This document shows positions 9,741 through 20,095 of a DNA stretch of 64,000 bases, piece by piece (position 1 is the first letter of the stretch; every line of letters begins with the position of its first letter). Source of the DNA: Trueperaceae bacterium (lineage in GTDB: Bacteria; Deinococcota; Deinococci; Deinococcales; Trueperaceae). Under the pieces are notes generated by a model, which ran no database searches, was not told the origin of the DNA, and worked only from the letters and a program-made list of their open reading frames with translations. The position numbers were made by a program, and so were the translations under genes. The stretch lies in assembly GCA_965213705.1 (NCBI GenBank), contig OZ243913.1, positions 2,304,001-2,368,000 on the forward strand, read 5' to 3'.

Positions 9741-11221
9741 ATGCCCGACGTGCAAGAAAACGTGGCGCGCTGGCTCAACACCGTCAACAGTGTCGAGGTC
9801 GCCGACAACAACTGGCTCTTTTTCCGCGTTTTAGTGAACTTGGGCCTGGCGCGGGTCGGCGTGCCCCACGACGCGGCGGCGCTGGAGGGTGCGCTTGCGC
9901 GGCTCGAGACCTTTTATCTGGGTGACGGCTGGTACAGCGACGGCCCCAAAGCGCAGCTCGACCACTACGTCGCTTTCGCGCTGCACTACTACGGCCTCGT
10001 TTACGCTACTTTGGCCGCCGACACCGACCCCGAGCGGGCGCAGCGGTTTCGGGACCGTGCCGCTCAGTTCGCCCAAGATTACGTGTACTGGTTCGCCGAG
10101 GACGGGTCCGCGCTGCCTTTCGGCCGCAGCCTCACCTACCGCTTCGCCCAGGGCGCGTTTTGGGGCGCGCTCGCTTTTGCCGGGCTCGAGGCGCTGCCTT
10201 GGGGGGTCGTCAAGGGCCTCACGCTGCGCCACCTGCGCTGGTGGGCGGGACAGCCCATCTTCGGTGCAGGTGGCGTCCTCTCCGTCGGGTACACCTACCC
10301 GAACGGGGCGATGGCCGAGGACTACAGTTCAGTGTCCTCACCGTACTGGGCGCTGAAGACGTTTTTGCCGCTCGCCCTGGACCAGGGCATCCTTTTTGGA
10401 CGGCTGAAGAGGCTCCCTTACCGCCCCTGGAAGCGGTTCGCCCGCAGCCGCAGCCCGGCCTGGTCGTGTGCCGCGACGCCGAGCGCGACCACGTGTTCGC
10501 CCTGAGCGGCCGCCAACACGCGCCCGACTGGCTCAAGCACGGGGCGGCCAAGTACGCCAAGTTCGCTTACTCGGGCGCGTTCGGGTTCAGCGTGCCCAAA
10601 CGGCGCGGCGGGGCGGGTCACACGTTGCGCGCGGGCGCTTTCGACAGCACCCTGGCGCTGAGCCGGGACGGGCGGCTTTACAAAACGCGTGAGCGGCCGG
10701 ACGGGTTCGGGCTCGAGGGCGGGGTCGTCCACACGACCTGGAGCCTGGGGCCGGACGTGCGCGTCGAGACCTGGCTGCTGCCGCTGCTGCCCTGGCACGT
10801 GCGGGTTCACCGGTTGCACACCGACACAAGGCTCTACAGCGCCGAGGGCGGCTTCGCGCTGCCCCGGGCCGGGAACGCGCCGTCCTCTCAGGTTGCCGAG
10901 ACCGGGCAAGCCTTGGCGAGTGCCGGTCAGCGCGCCAGCGGTCTGCGCAGCTTAGGCCCTGACGCGCGGCGCGGCGCAATCGTCGAGGTCGAACCCGAGA
11001 CCAACATCCTCCATCCTCGTACCGTCGTTCCTACCCTAAAGGCCGGTCACGAGCCCGGCGAACACTGGTTGGCGTGCGCGGTGCTCGGCTTGCCCGGCGT
11101 CGACGCGACCGAGTTGCAGCGTTTGTGGCTCGAGCCGCCCGTCTTAAAAAGAGTGGCCGGCGGCCTGGCTTTTTCTTACCGGGGGCGCGTGCTCACGCTT
11201 CCCATTCAGGCGCAAGGTTAG
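9741..11221 (+). pseudogene. DUF2264-like protein, 5'-truncated and frameshifted
   Basis: DNNWLFF, GWYSDG, FGRSLTYRFA, SPYWALK in one frame; HPFWTAEE, KYAKFAYS continue in another frame from ~10380. Confidence 0.7.
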
Positions 11222-11523
11222 TGTCTCGAGCCCGAGGTGTCCCGCAAAAGAGGCCCTACTCGTGACACCCTCGCCGCGAGGTCGGCACCGAAAGGTGTCG
11301 GCCTGCGTGTGTGCTAAGATGCTCGGGTTGCCCGGGGCTCGCTGGTCGGACCCTCCGGCGACAGCACCGAATTGTTCGACGGGCACCGTGTAGACTTTTT
11401 CATACCCTCCGAACATGTGGTGCACGACACTAAAGAAGAGGCCGGACGGCCTCTGAGCTTTTCACCCCTCTTTTTCTTCTCCATCCTTGCTCCCAGGGGA
11501 CGTCACTTTAGGTCCGAGGAGGC

Positions 11524-12459
11524 GTGATGGACAGTTTGCTGAAGCCCGTTTTACCGAAAGGCCTGAAGGTCTGTCGGCAGGGCCAAAGCTTAGAAACAGC
11601 CGCTTCAAACGCCGGCGACGTGAGTTTGTTGGCGACGTCGCGGGGGTTGGAGGCGGTCAGGGGAACCCTCAAAAAAGGCTACCGCCTACACATCTACCCT
11701 GCCGAAGACGGTTGTCAACCGACCGAAGTTTATTACCTGCTGCACGGCTCGCTCGGCTTCGACAGTCCCGAAGGTCCGCACGTGCTGGAACCCGGCGCAC
11801 ACCTGGTCGCCCACGGTTTGCAAGAGGCGATGGTGTTCACGGCTCTTACCGACATCGTGTTTCTTTACCTGACTTCCCGACCAAGTTTTCATAAAATCAG
11901 CGCCTCGCTCGAGACCCTCCGCAGCCTGACGGCCAAGCTGGCCTGCAAGGACGCGGGCGAGACCGAGGAACACTGCTCACGAATGCGCCAACTTTCCTAC
12001 GCGACGGGCCGCACGCTGGGCTTGTCGCAACACCGACTCCACCTGCTCGACTACGCCGCCTATTTTCACGACATCGGCAAGATAGAGGTACCCGCTGAAA
12101 TTCTGCAGAAGCCGGACACTTTGACTTCGGCCGAGTGGAACGTCGTCAAGCGGCACCCCGTGTCGGGTCGGGAGTTGTTGGACAACACCTTTATAGAAGA
12201 GGCCAGCGACATCGTCGAACAGCACCACGAACGTCTGGACGGCAGCGGCTATCCCTACGGGTTGACCGCCCCCGACATTTTGTTGGAGGCTTCAATTATC
12301 GCGGTGGCCGACGCTTACGACGCCATGACCTCGAACCGGCCCTACCGCCCCGCCTTGAGCAGAGACGAGGCGCTCCAAGAACTCACGCGCTACGCCGGGC
12401 GGCACTATCCGGAGGAGGTGGTCGACGCCCTACTGACAAACCTGGACGAACTCGTTTAG
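11524..12459 (+). CDS. HD-GYP domain phosphodiesterase with N-terminal cupin-like domain
   Basis: HDIGK, HHERLDGSGYP, ADAYDAMTSNRPY; N-terminal EVYYLLHGSL...LEPG cupin pattern; GAGGAGG SD. Confidence 0.88.
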   Translation: MMDSLLKPVLPKGLKVCRQGQSLETAASNAGDVSLLATSRGLEAVRGTLKKGYRLHIYPAEDGCQPTEVYYLLHGSLGFDSPEGPHVLEPGAHLVAHGLQEAMVFTALTDIVFLYLTSRPSFHKISASLETLRSLTAKLACKDAGETEEHCSRMRQLSYATGRTLGLSQHRLHLLDYAAYFHDIGKIEVPAEILQKPDTLTSAEWNVVKRHPVSGRELLDNTFIEEASDIVEQHHERLDGSGYPYGLTAPDILLEASIIAVADAYDAMTSNRPYRPALSRDEALQELTRYAGRHYPEEVVDALLTNLDELV

Positions 12460-12496
12460 TACGGGAAGCGGCCCCCAGCCGCAGGAGAGGGAGAAA

Positions 12497-12814
12497 ATGT
12501 CTTACAAGCGCTACTTACAACTCGCCGTTTTACTTGGTTTGCTCGCCCTGGTCGGTTGCAGCGCCGGCGGCAACCTCGCCACCGAAGGTTACAATTCCGA
12601 CGAAGACGTTTACATCGTGTTCAACGGTGAGCACTTCGACGACGCCACCGCACTGTTACCGCACGAGGTCGTCACCGAAGTGACCTTCGAGTTGCAAGAG
12701 GGCACCCACGAAGCGATTACCGACGTGTCGGGTGCCGAGATAAACCACTACTATATCTGGCTGTGTCTGGGCCGAGCCTGTATCCCGGTCGACCCGTTCA
12801 GCTACAACTACTAA
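12497..12814 (+). CDS. small lipoprotein, unknown function
   Basis: Basic-hydrophobic signal with LVGC lipobox; GGAG SD; followed by terminator. Confidence 0.75.
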   Translation: MSYKRYLQLAVLLGLLALVGCSAGGNLATEGYNSDEDVYIVFNGEHFDDATALLPHEVVTEVTFELQEGTHEAITDVSGAEINHYYIWLCLGRACIPVDPFSYNY

Positions 12815-12836
12815 TCCGAGTCGACAAGACCGAGGC

Positions 12837-12868
12837 AAGCGGGACGGCTCGAGCCGTCCCGCTTTTCT
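12837..12868 (+). terminator. intrinsic terminator, perfect 28-bp palindrome centred on CTCGAG
   Basis: AAGCGGGACGGCTCGAGCCGTCCCGCTT followed by TTCT. Confidence 0.8.
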
Positions 12869-12936
12869 GCAGGTACAGACTGTGCAGCAAACCCGGTGGA
12901 CAAAAGCGCCCGCCCCTGCTAACATGACCGAGCTGT

Positions 12937-13020
12937 GCCCAGGTGGCGGAATGGTAGACGCAGTAGACTCAAAATCTACCGGGGCAACCTGTGCGGGTTC
13001 GAGTCCCGCCCTGGGCACCA
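12937..13020 (+). tRNA. tRNA-Leu(CAA)
   Basis: GCCCAGG/CCTGGGC acceptor, anticodon arm GTAGA-CTCAAAA-TCTAC, long variable arm, GGTTCGAGTCC, encoded CCA. Confidence 0.97.
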
Positions 13021-13066
13021 CTTAAAAACGCTCGAGCCCCAACCTTGGGGCTTTTAGGAGACATTC

Positions 13067-13306
13067 ATGACTTTTCTTTTTTGGCCTCTGTTGATTATTT
13101 TTCTTTTGCTCAGCTTGCTGCTCACCGCCGTCATCTTGGCGCAAGAGCCCAAACAGAGCGGCCTGGGCGACGCCCTCGGCGGGGGCGGCGGGGACTTTTC
13201 GACGGCCAGCGGCGGCACGGCGGGCGGTCTGCACCGCACCACCATCGCGCTGGGCATCATTTGGGGCTTGCTCGCTTTGGCACTGGCCGTGGTACCCAGG
13301 GTTTAA
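13067..13306 (+). CDS. secG: preprotein translocase subunit SecG
   Basis: Two TM helices around ILAQEPKQSGLG...GGG linker; tRNA-Leu adjacent. Confidence 0.9.
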   Translation: MTFLFWPLLIIFLLLSLLLTAVILAQEPKQSGLGDALGGGGGDFSTASGGTAGGLHRTTIALGIIWGLLALALAVVPRV

Positions 13307-13327
13307 GCAGTTTTTCTTAAACATTCG

Positions 13328-13356
13328 AGCCGCGCACACGTCGCGGCTTTTTCTTT
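13328..13356 (+). terminator. intrinsic terminator after secG
   Basis: AGCCGCG/CGCGGCT stem then TTTTCTTT. Confidence 0.75.
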
Positions 13357-13440
13357 GGGCGGTACTTCTTTGGGCAGTACAACGGCTTCCAAAGATGTTC
13401 AGGACACATTTTATACTTTAACGTCTCATGAAGATTTTGT

Positions 13441-13470
13441 TTGACGCTGTTCACCCGAAAATGATACATT
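13441..13470 (+). promoter_or_regulatory. promoter of the peptide ABC operon
   Basis: TTGACG-N18-TACATT with extended -10 TG. Confidence 0.6.
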
Positions 13471-13626
13471 TCTCTCAAGTGGGTAAACGCAAACAGCCCA
13501 CACCTCGGAGGTAGGTTCTTAGGTGTTCGGCACTTTCGTAACTGAAGGCCGAAATACCAACGCTTAAGCGCCACTCCCGACGAAAAGCTCTTCTAAGAGC
13601 TATCACGCGTACCTTTAGGAGGTAGC

Positions 13627-15432
13627 ATGAGGAAACTTTTTGTAGGTGTCGCCCTAGCGGCGTTTGTGTCGCTCGGGCTGGCCCAACCCTATGTAGCGCC
13701 TGGCAACTACGCGCCTACAGCCAACCAGGGGGGCGAGATTTCCGAGTACATCTTCGGTGAAATCTCGACGCTGAACCCGGTGCTCATCGGCACAACCACA
13801 GAGGCTTCCATCATCGGTCTGTACAGCGGCCCCGGCATCGTGTATCGCGACTGGCTCGGCACCCGCACGCTAAAAAACGAGGCCGGCGAGTACAACCTGA
13901 ACTGGGCCTCCAACATCGAAGAAGTCGTGCCCGAGCAAGAGTTTATCGTCACTTTGAAAGAGGGCTGGAAGTGGTCGGACGGCACCGAGATGACCGCCGA
14001 CGACGTCCTGGCGGCGGCCACCGTCGTCTCCGACCCCGCTGTCGAATCGAACAGCTACACCAGCTGTGTGCCTGACGAAACCCAGGGTCCCGTCCAGTAC
14101 GAAAAGCTGGGCACTTACCAGTACCGCGCGACGCTGCCCCGCCCGCAAGTCAACGGGGTCCTTTTTGCACAGTGCGGCGGCGTTGTTCCCGCTCACGTTT
14201 TCATGCCGGTCTACGAGGCTGAGGGTGCCGAAGGCGTTCGCGCACTTTGGGGCGTCGACACGCCGCCTTCGGAAATCGTCTCGGGCGGCCCTTACCTGCT
14301 CACCGAATACCGCTCCGGCGAGCGCCTCGTGCTCGAGAAAAACCCGGTTTACGGCGAATTCAACATGGCCGCCGACAACTCGCCCTTGCCCGGCCCCGAC
14401 CGCTGGGTGGTCACCGTCGTGGCGGACCAAAACCAAGTCTTAGCCGCGACCGTCACCGGTCAAAACAGCTTTTACTACCCCACCACGCTCGACCAAGTGC
14501 GCGCCGTGCAAGAAGCCGTACAAGGCGGCTCCGTCGCCGGCACGCTCAACGCCAACTTAGGCCCCGACACCCTGGTCGACTTCATCACCTACAACTTCAA
14601 CAACACCGACGAGTGCAAGCGCGAACTGTTCCGCAACCCCGTCTTTCGCCGCGCCATCGCCGTCATGATAGACCGTGACGCGCTCGTCGAAGCAGCTTTG
14701 GGGGGTCTCGGCTTTCCGGGGGTCGACTACCGTAGCGCCGCGGCTGCTCCCTTCGTTTCCGACAACGCTCCCTTCGAGTATGCGCCGGAGCAGGGCGTCG
14801 AAATGCTCAACTCCATCGGTTATACCGACATGAATTCGGACGGCGTGTTGACCAACCCCGAGACGGGTTGCAGCGTCGCGTTCGAGTTGCAGTTCAACTC
14901 GGGCAACAACCGTCGTAGCCAAGAGGCTTTGGTAATTGCGCAAACCCTCGCGCCCTACGGCGTCGACGTCACCCCGCGCGAAGTCGACAGTGCGACCTGG
15001 TCCGACTCCATCACCGGCTCCGGTGCCGACTACGCAGAAGCCGGTGACCAGCGTAAGGTCGACTACGACGCACAAATCTGGGGACTCGGCAACGCGAGCG
15101 TGGACGACCCGTCGTTTTCCAACGGACTGCGCTTGGGTACGAACCTCAACGCCTGGAACAAGAGCACGACCGACGTAGAGGCTTGGGAGATTTTGCTCGA
15201 GCGCCTCGACAAGCAAATTGAGACGACGCTCGACTTGGACGAGCGCATCGCTCTTTACAAGCAACAGGCCGAGTTGCTGCGCGAGTACCTGCCGATGACG
15301 CCGCTCATCAGCCCCGCGTTTCACCTCTACACCAACATGGGCAACATTTGGCCGGTGGACAAACTCAACGCCACGAGCGCTGAAAGCCCGTACCGTCCCG
15401 GCAACTTCCGCGACAACCTGACCGCTCCCTAA
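13627..15432 (+). CDS. peptide/nickel ABC transporter substrate-binding protein (family 5)
   Basis: Signal peptide; LKEGWKWSDG..MTADDV, GPYLL, FRRAIAVMIDR. Confidence 0.9.
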   Translation: MRKLFVGVALAAFVSLGLAQPYVAPGNYAPTANQGGEISEYIFGEISTLNPVLIGTTTEASIIGLYSGPGIVYRDWLGTRTLKNEAGEYNLNWASNIEEVVPEQEFIVTLKEGWKWSDGTEMTADDVLAAATVVSDPAVESNSYTSCVPDETQGPVQYEKLGTYQYRATLPRPQVNGVLFAQCGGVVPAHVFMPVYEAEGAEGVRALWGVDTPPSEIVSGGPYLLTEYRSGERLVLEKNPVYGEFNMAADNSPLPGPDRWVVTVVADQNQVLAATVTGQNSFYYPTTLDQVRAVQEAVQGGSVAGTLNANLGPDTLVDFITYNFNNTDECKRELFRNPVFRRAIAVMIDRDALVEAALGGLGFPGVDYRSAAAAPFVSDNAPFEYAPEQGVEMLNSIGYTDMNSDGVLTNPETGCSVAFELQFNSGNNRRSQEALVIAQTLAPYGVDVTPREVDSATWSDSITGSGADYAEAGDQRKVDYDAQIWGLGNASVDDPSFSNGLRLGTNLNAWNKSTTDVEAWEILLERLDKQIETTLDLDERIALYKQQAELLREYLPMTPLISPAFHLYTNMGNIWPVDKLNATSAESPYRPGNFRDNLTAP

Positions 15433-15448
15433 GGGCGAGCTTCGACTT

Positions 15449-15473
15449 GTGTGGACCCTTTCGGGGTCCACAC
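15449..15473 (+). terminator. stem-loop after SBP gene (stabiliser or partial terminator)
   Basis: GTGTGGACCC-TTTCG-GGGTCCACAC. Confidence 0.65.
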
Positions 15474-15550
15474 CCACTTATTTAGTACCTGTATATGCCC
15501 GAGGACTTTATGAAAACAACTATCCCACAACCTTCAAGTGAGGTTCCGGT

Positions 15551-16531
15551 ATGAGGGGCTTTTTGTTGAGGAGGTTTATCAACCTTCTCCCGACTTTTTT
15601 TCTGGCGACGTTGCTGGCTTGGATCATCATCGATATCGCGCCGGGCGACTTCGCGTCACAGTTTGCCTTCGACCAGGTAGACACCAACAAAGAAATGCGC
15701 ATCCGCGAGCTTTTGGGTTTGGGCCAGCCCTGGTACGTGAGGTATTTTAAGTGGCTCGAGAACTTGGTTCTTCACGGCGACTTCGGGACCAGCTTGGTGA
15801 GCAAGGGCAGCGTGACCGCCCGCGTCATTCCGCGCATGATTAACAGCATGATTTTGGCGTTGCCGGCGCTCATCCTCGTCTTCGCTATTTCCATACCGAT
15901 AGGGGTGTATTCGGCGCTGCGAAAATATTCGCTGGCCGACCGGGGACTTACCATCTTCAGTCTTATCGGCTTGGCCGTGCCCAACTTTTTTTTGGCGCTG
16001 ATTTTACTTGCTTTGATCGTCCAGTGGTTTCAGTCGTACGGCTGGTTCATTTTGCCGACCGGTGGCATGACGAGCACCAACTACGCGCAGCTCAGCCCCG
16101 TGGGCAAGGTTTTGGACATTCTTTGGCACTCTATTTTCCCCTGGTTCGTTATCGTCTTGTCCGGTCTGGCGGGGACCACGCGCATCATGCGCGGCCAGAT
16201 GCTCGAGACCTTTTCGCAAGACTATGTGCGCACCGCCAGGGCCAAAGGGCTGGCTGAAAATACCGTGACCTACAAACACACCTTGCGCAACGCCGTTTTG
16301 CCCATCATCGCCACCATCGGCTCGGCCTTTACCGGGGTATTGCTCGGCGCTGGCACGGTCGAGTTCGTCACGGGTTGGCCGGGGTTGACGCCGCTCTTCA
16401 TCAGCTCTGTTTTTTCGCAGGACGTTTACGTCCTGATGGCTATTCTTACCATCGCCACGCTTCTTCTTATGCTCGGCAACCTTATCTCGGACGTGTTGCT
16501 GGCGGTCGTCGACCCGAGAATCAGGTACTGA
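15551..16531 (+). CDS. oppB: peptide ABC transporter permease (OppB-like)
   Basis: DYVRTARAKGL EAA loop, HTLRNA, VDPRIRY. Confidence 0.9.
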   Translation: MRGFLLRRFINLLPTFFLATLLAWIIIDIAPGDFASQFAFDQVDTNKEMRIRELLGLGQPWYVRYFKWLENLVLHGDFGTSLVSKGSVTARVIPRMINSMILALPALILVFAISIPIGVYSALRKYSLADRGLTIFSLIGLAVPNFFLALILLALIVQWFQSYGWFILPTGGMTSTNYAQLSPVGKVLDILWHSIFPWFVIVLSGLAGTTRIMRGQMLETFSQDYVRTARAKGLAENTVTYKHTLRNAVLPIIATIGSAFTGVLLGAGTVEFVTGWPGLTPLFISSVFSQDVYVLMAILTIATLLLMLGNLISDVLLAVVDPRIRY

Positions 16532-17730
16532 TGGCCGTCAAGCAAAAAAACGTCAAGCTGGACAAACCCGCGCAATCGGCTCAGCCGCGTAGCGCCAGCC
16601 TCTACTCGCTGGCTTGGCGGCAGTTTCTTCGGCACCCGTTGGCGAAAGTAGCCTTGGGCGTTTTGGCCGTCTTGTACTTTTTCGCCGCCTTTGCGGACTT
16701 TTTCGCGCCCTACCCGGAAAGCTTCGGCGACGCCAGCAAAACCTTTGCGCCGCCCATGCAGGTTCATTTCCGAAACGCCGACGGAGAATTTGTTCGTCCC
16801 TTTGTCTACGGACAAGTCAAAACGCTCAACTTAGAAACGTTTAAAAACGATTGGGCGGCGGACACGTCCAAGGTCTACCCGGTAGAACTTTTTGTGCGCA
16901 GCAGCAACCCGCGCGACCGCTACGTGCCTTTTCCGGTCAACCTTATCCCCATCACCGTGCGTGACAGCCTCGGCATCAGGCCCTGGGCGACGCTGCGGCT
17001 TTTCGGCGTCGAGTCGCCGGGCAGGCTGTACCTGTGGGGTTCGGACGATGTCGGCGGCGACGTGTTCAGCCGTATTCTTTTCGGGGGCCGTATCAGTTTG
17101 ACCATCGGGATTTTGGCGAGTGCCGTCGCTATCGTTCTCGGCATTCTTTTCGGCGGTGTGGCGGGCTTTTACGGCGGTTGGATAGACGAACTCATCTTGC
17201 GCTTTGACGAGGCTTTGTCCGCCATTCCGGCCATTTTCTTGCTGCTTTCTTTGGCAGCCATTTTCTATCCTCTCGATTGGCCGCCCAGTTACGTGTTTAC
17301 GGCCGTCGTCATCGCGCTGGCGCTCATCAGTTGGGGAGGCATCGCCCGCTCGGTGAGAAGCATTATTTTCTCAGCTCGAGAACAGGAATACGCCTTTGCC
17401 GCCAAAGCCCTGGGCGCTGGCAACGGACGCATCATCTTCAAACACCTGGTACCCCAAACTTTGTCTTACCTCGTTGTGGTCGTAAGTTTGCTCATTCCAG
17501 GCTTCATCCTCACCGAAGCGGTGCTCAGCTTTTACGGACTCGGAATTCAGCGGCCCGCGACGAGCTGGGGGCTTATGCTCGCCTCGGCACAAGCTTTCAC
17601 GGGCGTGTCAGGCCTGTCCGAGCGCTGGTGGATTTACCTGCCGGGTTTGTTTATCTTTATTTCGGTGCTGGCCTGGAACCTGCTCGGCGACGGACTGCGC
17701 GACGCCTTTGACCCGCGGAGTCGAGATTGA
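16531..17730 (+). CDS. oppC: peptide ABC transporter permease (OppC-like)
   Basis: GRISLTIG, EYAFAAKALGA, GDGLRDAFDPR; ATG overlaps upstream TGA. Confidence 0.9.
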   Translation: MAVKQKNVKLDKPAQSAQPRSASLYSLAWRQFLRHPLAKVALGVLAVLYFFAAFADFFAPYPESFGDASKTFAPPMQVHFRNADGEFVRPFVYGQVKTLNLETFKNDWAADTSKVYPVELFVRSSNPRDRYVPFPVNLIPITVRDSLGIRPWATLRLFGVESPGRLYLWGSDDVGGDVFSRILFGGRISLTIGILASAVAIVLGILFGGVAGFYGGWIDELILRFDEALSAIPAIFLLLSLAAIFYPLDWPPSYVFTAVVIALALISWGGIARSVRSIIFSAREQEYAFAAKALGAGNGRIIFKHLVPQTLSYLVVVVSLLIPGFILTEAVLSFYGLGIQRPATSWGLMLASAQAFTGVSGLSERWWIYLPGLFIFISVLAWNLLGDGLRDAFDPRSRD

Positions 17731-17872
17731 GCGGCGGGACGGTAATTTTATTCGGCCCGGCACCTCGGCCCGGCCGCGTGTAGAGTGGTACCCTGCGGCG
17801 CCAGCTTTACTCTTTACGCTTTGGAAATAAAGTAAGGTACACTATCCTTAACTGAGACAAGGAGCCCCCCCT

Positions 17873-18886
17873 ATGGCTAAGTCCGAGCGGCTTTTAACAG
17901 TCAACAACCTGCAAACCTACTTCGACACCGACGAGGGCACGGTCAAGGCCGTCGACGGCGTGACGTTTCACTTGGACAAAGGTGAAACGTTGGCGGTCGT
18001 CGGCGAGTCCGGCTCGGGCAAGTCGGTCACGAGTTTGTCCGTGATGCGGCTTATCGCCACGCCGCCGGGCAGAATCGCGGGCGGCGAGATTATCTTCAAC
18101 GGCCAAAACCTCTTGAACAAGAGCGAGCGCGAGATGCGCAAAATCCGTGGCAACGACATCTCGATGATTTTCCAGGAGCCGATGACGAGCCTCAACCCGG
18201 TTTATACCGTGGGCGACCAAATCGCCGAGGCCATCGTGCTGCACCAGGGCAAAAGCTACAAGCAAGCCATGAAGATGTCGGCCGAAATGTTGGAACTTGT
18301 CGGTATTCCCGAACCCGAAAAGCGCGTCAAAAACTATCCGCACCAGATGTCGGGTGGGATGCGGCAGCGCGTCATGATTGCGATGGCGCTCAGTTGCGGG
18401 CCGCAACTCCTCATCGCCGACGAGCCGACGACGGCCCTGGACGTGACGATTCAAGCGCAGATTCTGGACCTGATGCGCAAGCTTCAAAAAGAAATCGGCA
18501 TGTCTATTTTGTTCATCACCCACGACTTGGGCGTGGTCGCCGAAATCGCCGACCGCGTGGTGGTGATGTACGCGGGCAAGGCGGTCGAGGAGGCGCAGTC
18601 GCGCGCGATTTTCGCCGACCCGCTCATGCCCTACACGATGGGTTTGCTGAATTCAATCCCGCGCGTCGACAAGGCGGCCGAGCACCAAGACCGTCTGGAA
18701 GCCATTCCCGGCAACGTGCCCAACCCGCTCTACCTGCCCGAAGGCTGCGACTTTCACCCCCGGTGCCGCTTTATGATTGAAGAGTGCAAGGCGGGCGTGC
18801 CGCCGTTAATCGACTCGGGCGGCGGTCACACGGTGCGCTGCATCCGCTGGGACGAAATCGCAGCCGAGCGAAAGGCGGTGGCTTAA
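17873..18886 (+). CDS. oppD: peptide ABC transporter ATP-binding protein (OppD-like)
   Basis: [30 protein letters not shown]. Confidence 0.93.
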   Translation: MAKSERLLTVNNLQTYFDTDEGTVKAVDGVTFHLDKGETLAVVGESGSGKSVTSLSVMRLIATPPGRIAGGEIIFNGQNLLNKSEREMRKIRGNDISMIFQEPMTSLNPVYTVGDQIAEAIVLHQGKSYKQAMKMSAEMLELVGIPEPEKRVKNYPHQMSGGMRQRVMIAMALSCGPQLLIADEPTTALDVTIQAQILDLMRKLQKEIGMSILFITHDLGVVAEIADRVVVMYAGKAVEEAQSRAIFADPLMPYTMGLLNSIPRVDKAAEHQDRLEAIPGNVPNPLYLPEGCDFHPRCRFMIEECKAGVPPLIDSGGGHTVRCIRWDEIAAERKAVA

Positions 18887-18887
18887 A

Positions 18888-19907
18888 ATGGCCGACGTAC
18901 AAGTTGAGCCGCGCACCAAAACGCAAATGACGACCGACCGGGGCGAGTACTTGCTCGAGGTCCGCAACCTGCGCAAGTATTTTCCCATCCGTGGCGGCGT
19001 TTTGTCGCGCGTGGTCGCCAACGTCAAGGCGGTCGAAGAGGTCTCGTTCAACGTCAAGCCGGGCGAGGTCGTCGGTTTGGTCGGCGAGTCGGGCTCGGGC
19101 AAGACGACGGCCGGACGCGCCATCCTGCGGCTTATCGAGCCGTCGGGCGGTGAGGTCGTTTTCAACGGCACCGACGTGACCAAACTGTCCAAGTCGCAGA
19201 TGCGCGAGTACCGCAAAGAGATGCAAATCATTTTCCAAGACCCGTTCGCGTCGTTGAACCCGCGCATGACGGTCGGCGACATCATCGGCGAGGCGTTTAC
19301 GATTCACAAGTTGGCGCGGGGCCGCGAAAAAGAAGAGCGGGTGGCGAGTCTGTTGGAAAAAGTCGGGCTGTCGCCGTCGCACATGCGCCGTTACCCGCAC
19401 GAGTTTTCGGGCGGCCAGCGACAGCGCATCGGCATCGCTCGAGCCCTGGCGGTCGACCCGCAGTTCATCGTCGCCGACGAGCCGGTGTCGGCGCTCGACG
19501 TGTCGATTCAGGCACAGGTCGTCAACTTGTTGCAAGACCTCAAGGAAGAACTCGGGCTGACGCTGCTCTTTATCGCGCACGACCTGTCCGTCGTCGAGTA
19601 CATCTCGGACAAGGTCGTGGTGATGTACTTGGGCCGCGTCATGGAAATCGCCCCGGCGCAAGAACTGTACGCCAACCCGGTGCACCCCTACACCGAAGCG
19701 CTGCTCTCGGCGGTGCCCATTCCCGACCCGACGGTCAAGCGCAACCGCGTGATTTTGCAGGGCGACATTCCCAGCCCCATCAACCCGCCGTCGGGCTGCG
19801 TGTTCCGCACGAGGTGCCCGCTCGCCGTCGACGAGTGCGCCAAGGTCGTGCCGCCCCTGGAAGAAGTTTCGCCGGGGCACTTCAAAGCGTGTATCCGCCG
19901 ACCCTAG
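18888..19907 (+). CDS. oppF: peptide ABC transporter ATP-binding protein (OppF-like)
   Basis: [28 protein letters not shown]. Confidence 0.93.
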   Translation: MADVQVEPRTKTQMTTDRGEYLLEVRNLRKYFPIRGGVLSRVVANVKAVEEVSFNVKPGEVVGLVGESGSGKTTAGRAILRLIEPSGGEVVFNGTDVTKLSKSQMREYRKEMQIIFQDPFASLNPRMTVGDIIGEAFTIHKLARGREKEERVASLLEKVGLSPSHMRRYPHEFSGGQRQRIGIARALAVDPQFIVADEPVSALDVSIQAQVVNLLQDLKEELGLTLLFIAHDLSVVEYISDKVVVMYLGRVMEIAPAQELYANPVHPYTEALLSAVPIPDPTVKRNRVILQGDIPSPINPPSGCVFRTRCPLAVDECAKVVPPLEEVSPGHFKACIRRP

Positions 19908-19924
19908 CTGTTTAATGAAAGCGC

Positions 19925-19957
19925 TCATTGACTATTAGGTGACCTAATAGTCAATGA
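19925..19957. repeat. perfect 16-bp inverted repeat with 1-nt spacer
   Basis: TCATTGACTATTAGGT-G-ACCTAATAGTCAATGA. Confidence 0.95.
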
Positions 19958-20095
19958 TTAAGAGTAGAAACTAAATTGTTAGGCGCTTGAATAATTACGG
20001 TGGCTATAGGTAGAAGTATTTGTGATTGCTTCGCAATTGCGCGGAGCAATACTTTTTATGGAGGTTTTCACTAGCCTATACAGTTATAGTTCGAT

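Noticed and set aside
13440..13455. CRP-like box TTTGA-N6-TCACC
   Set aside because: It overlaps the -35 hexamer, which explains most of the match.
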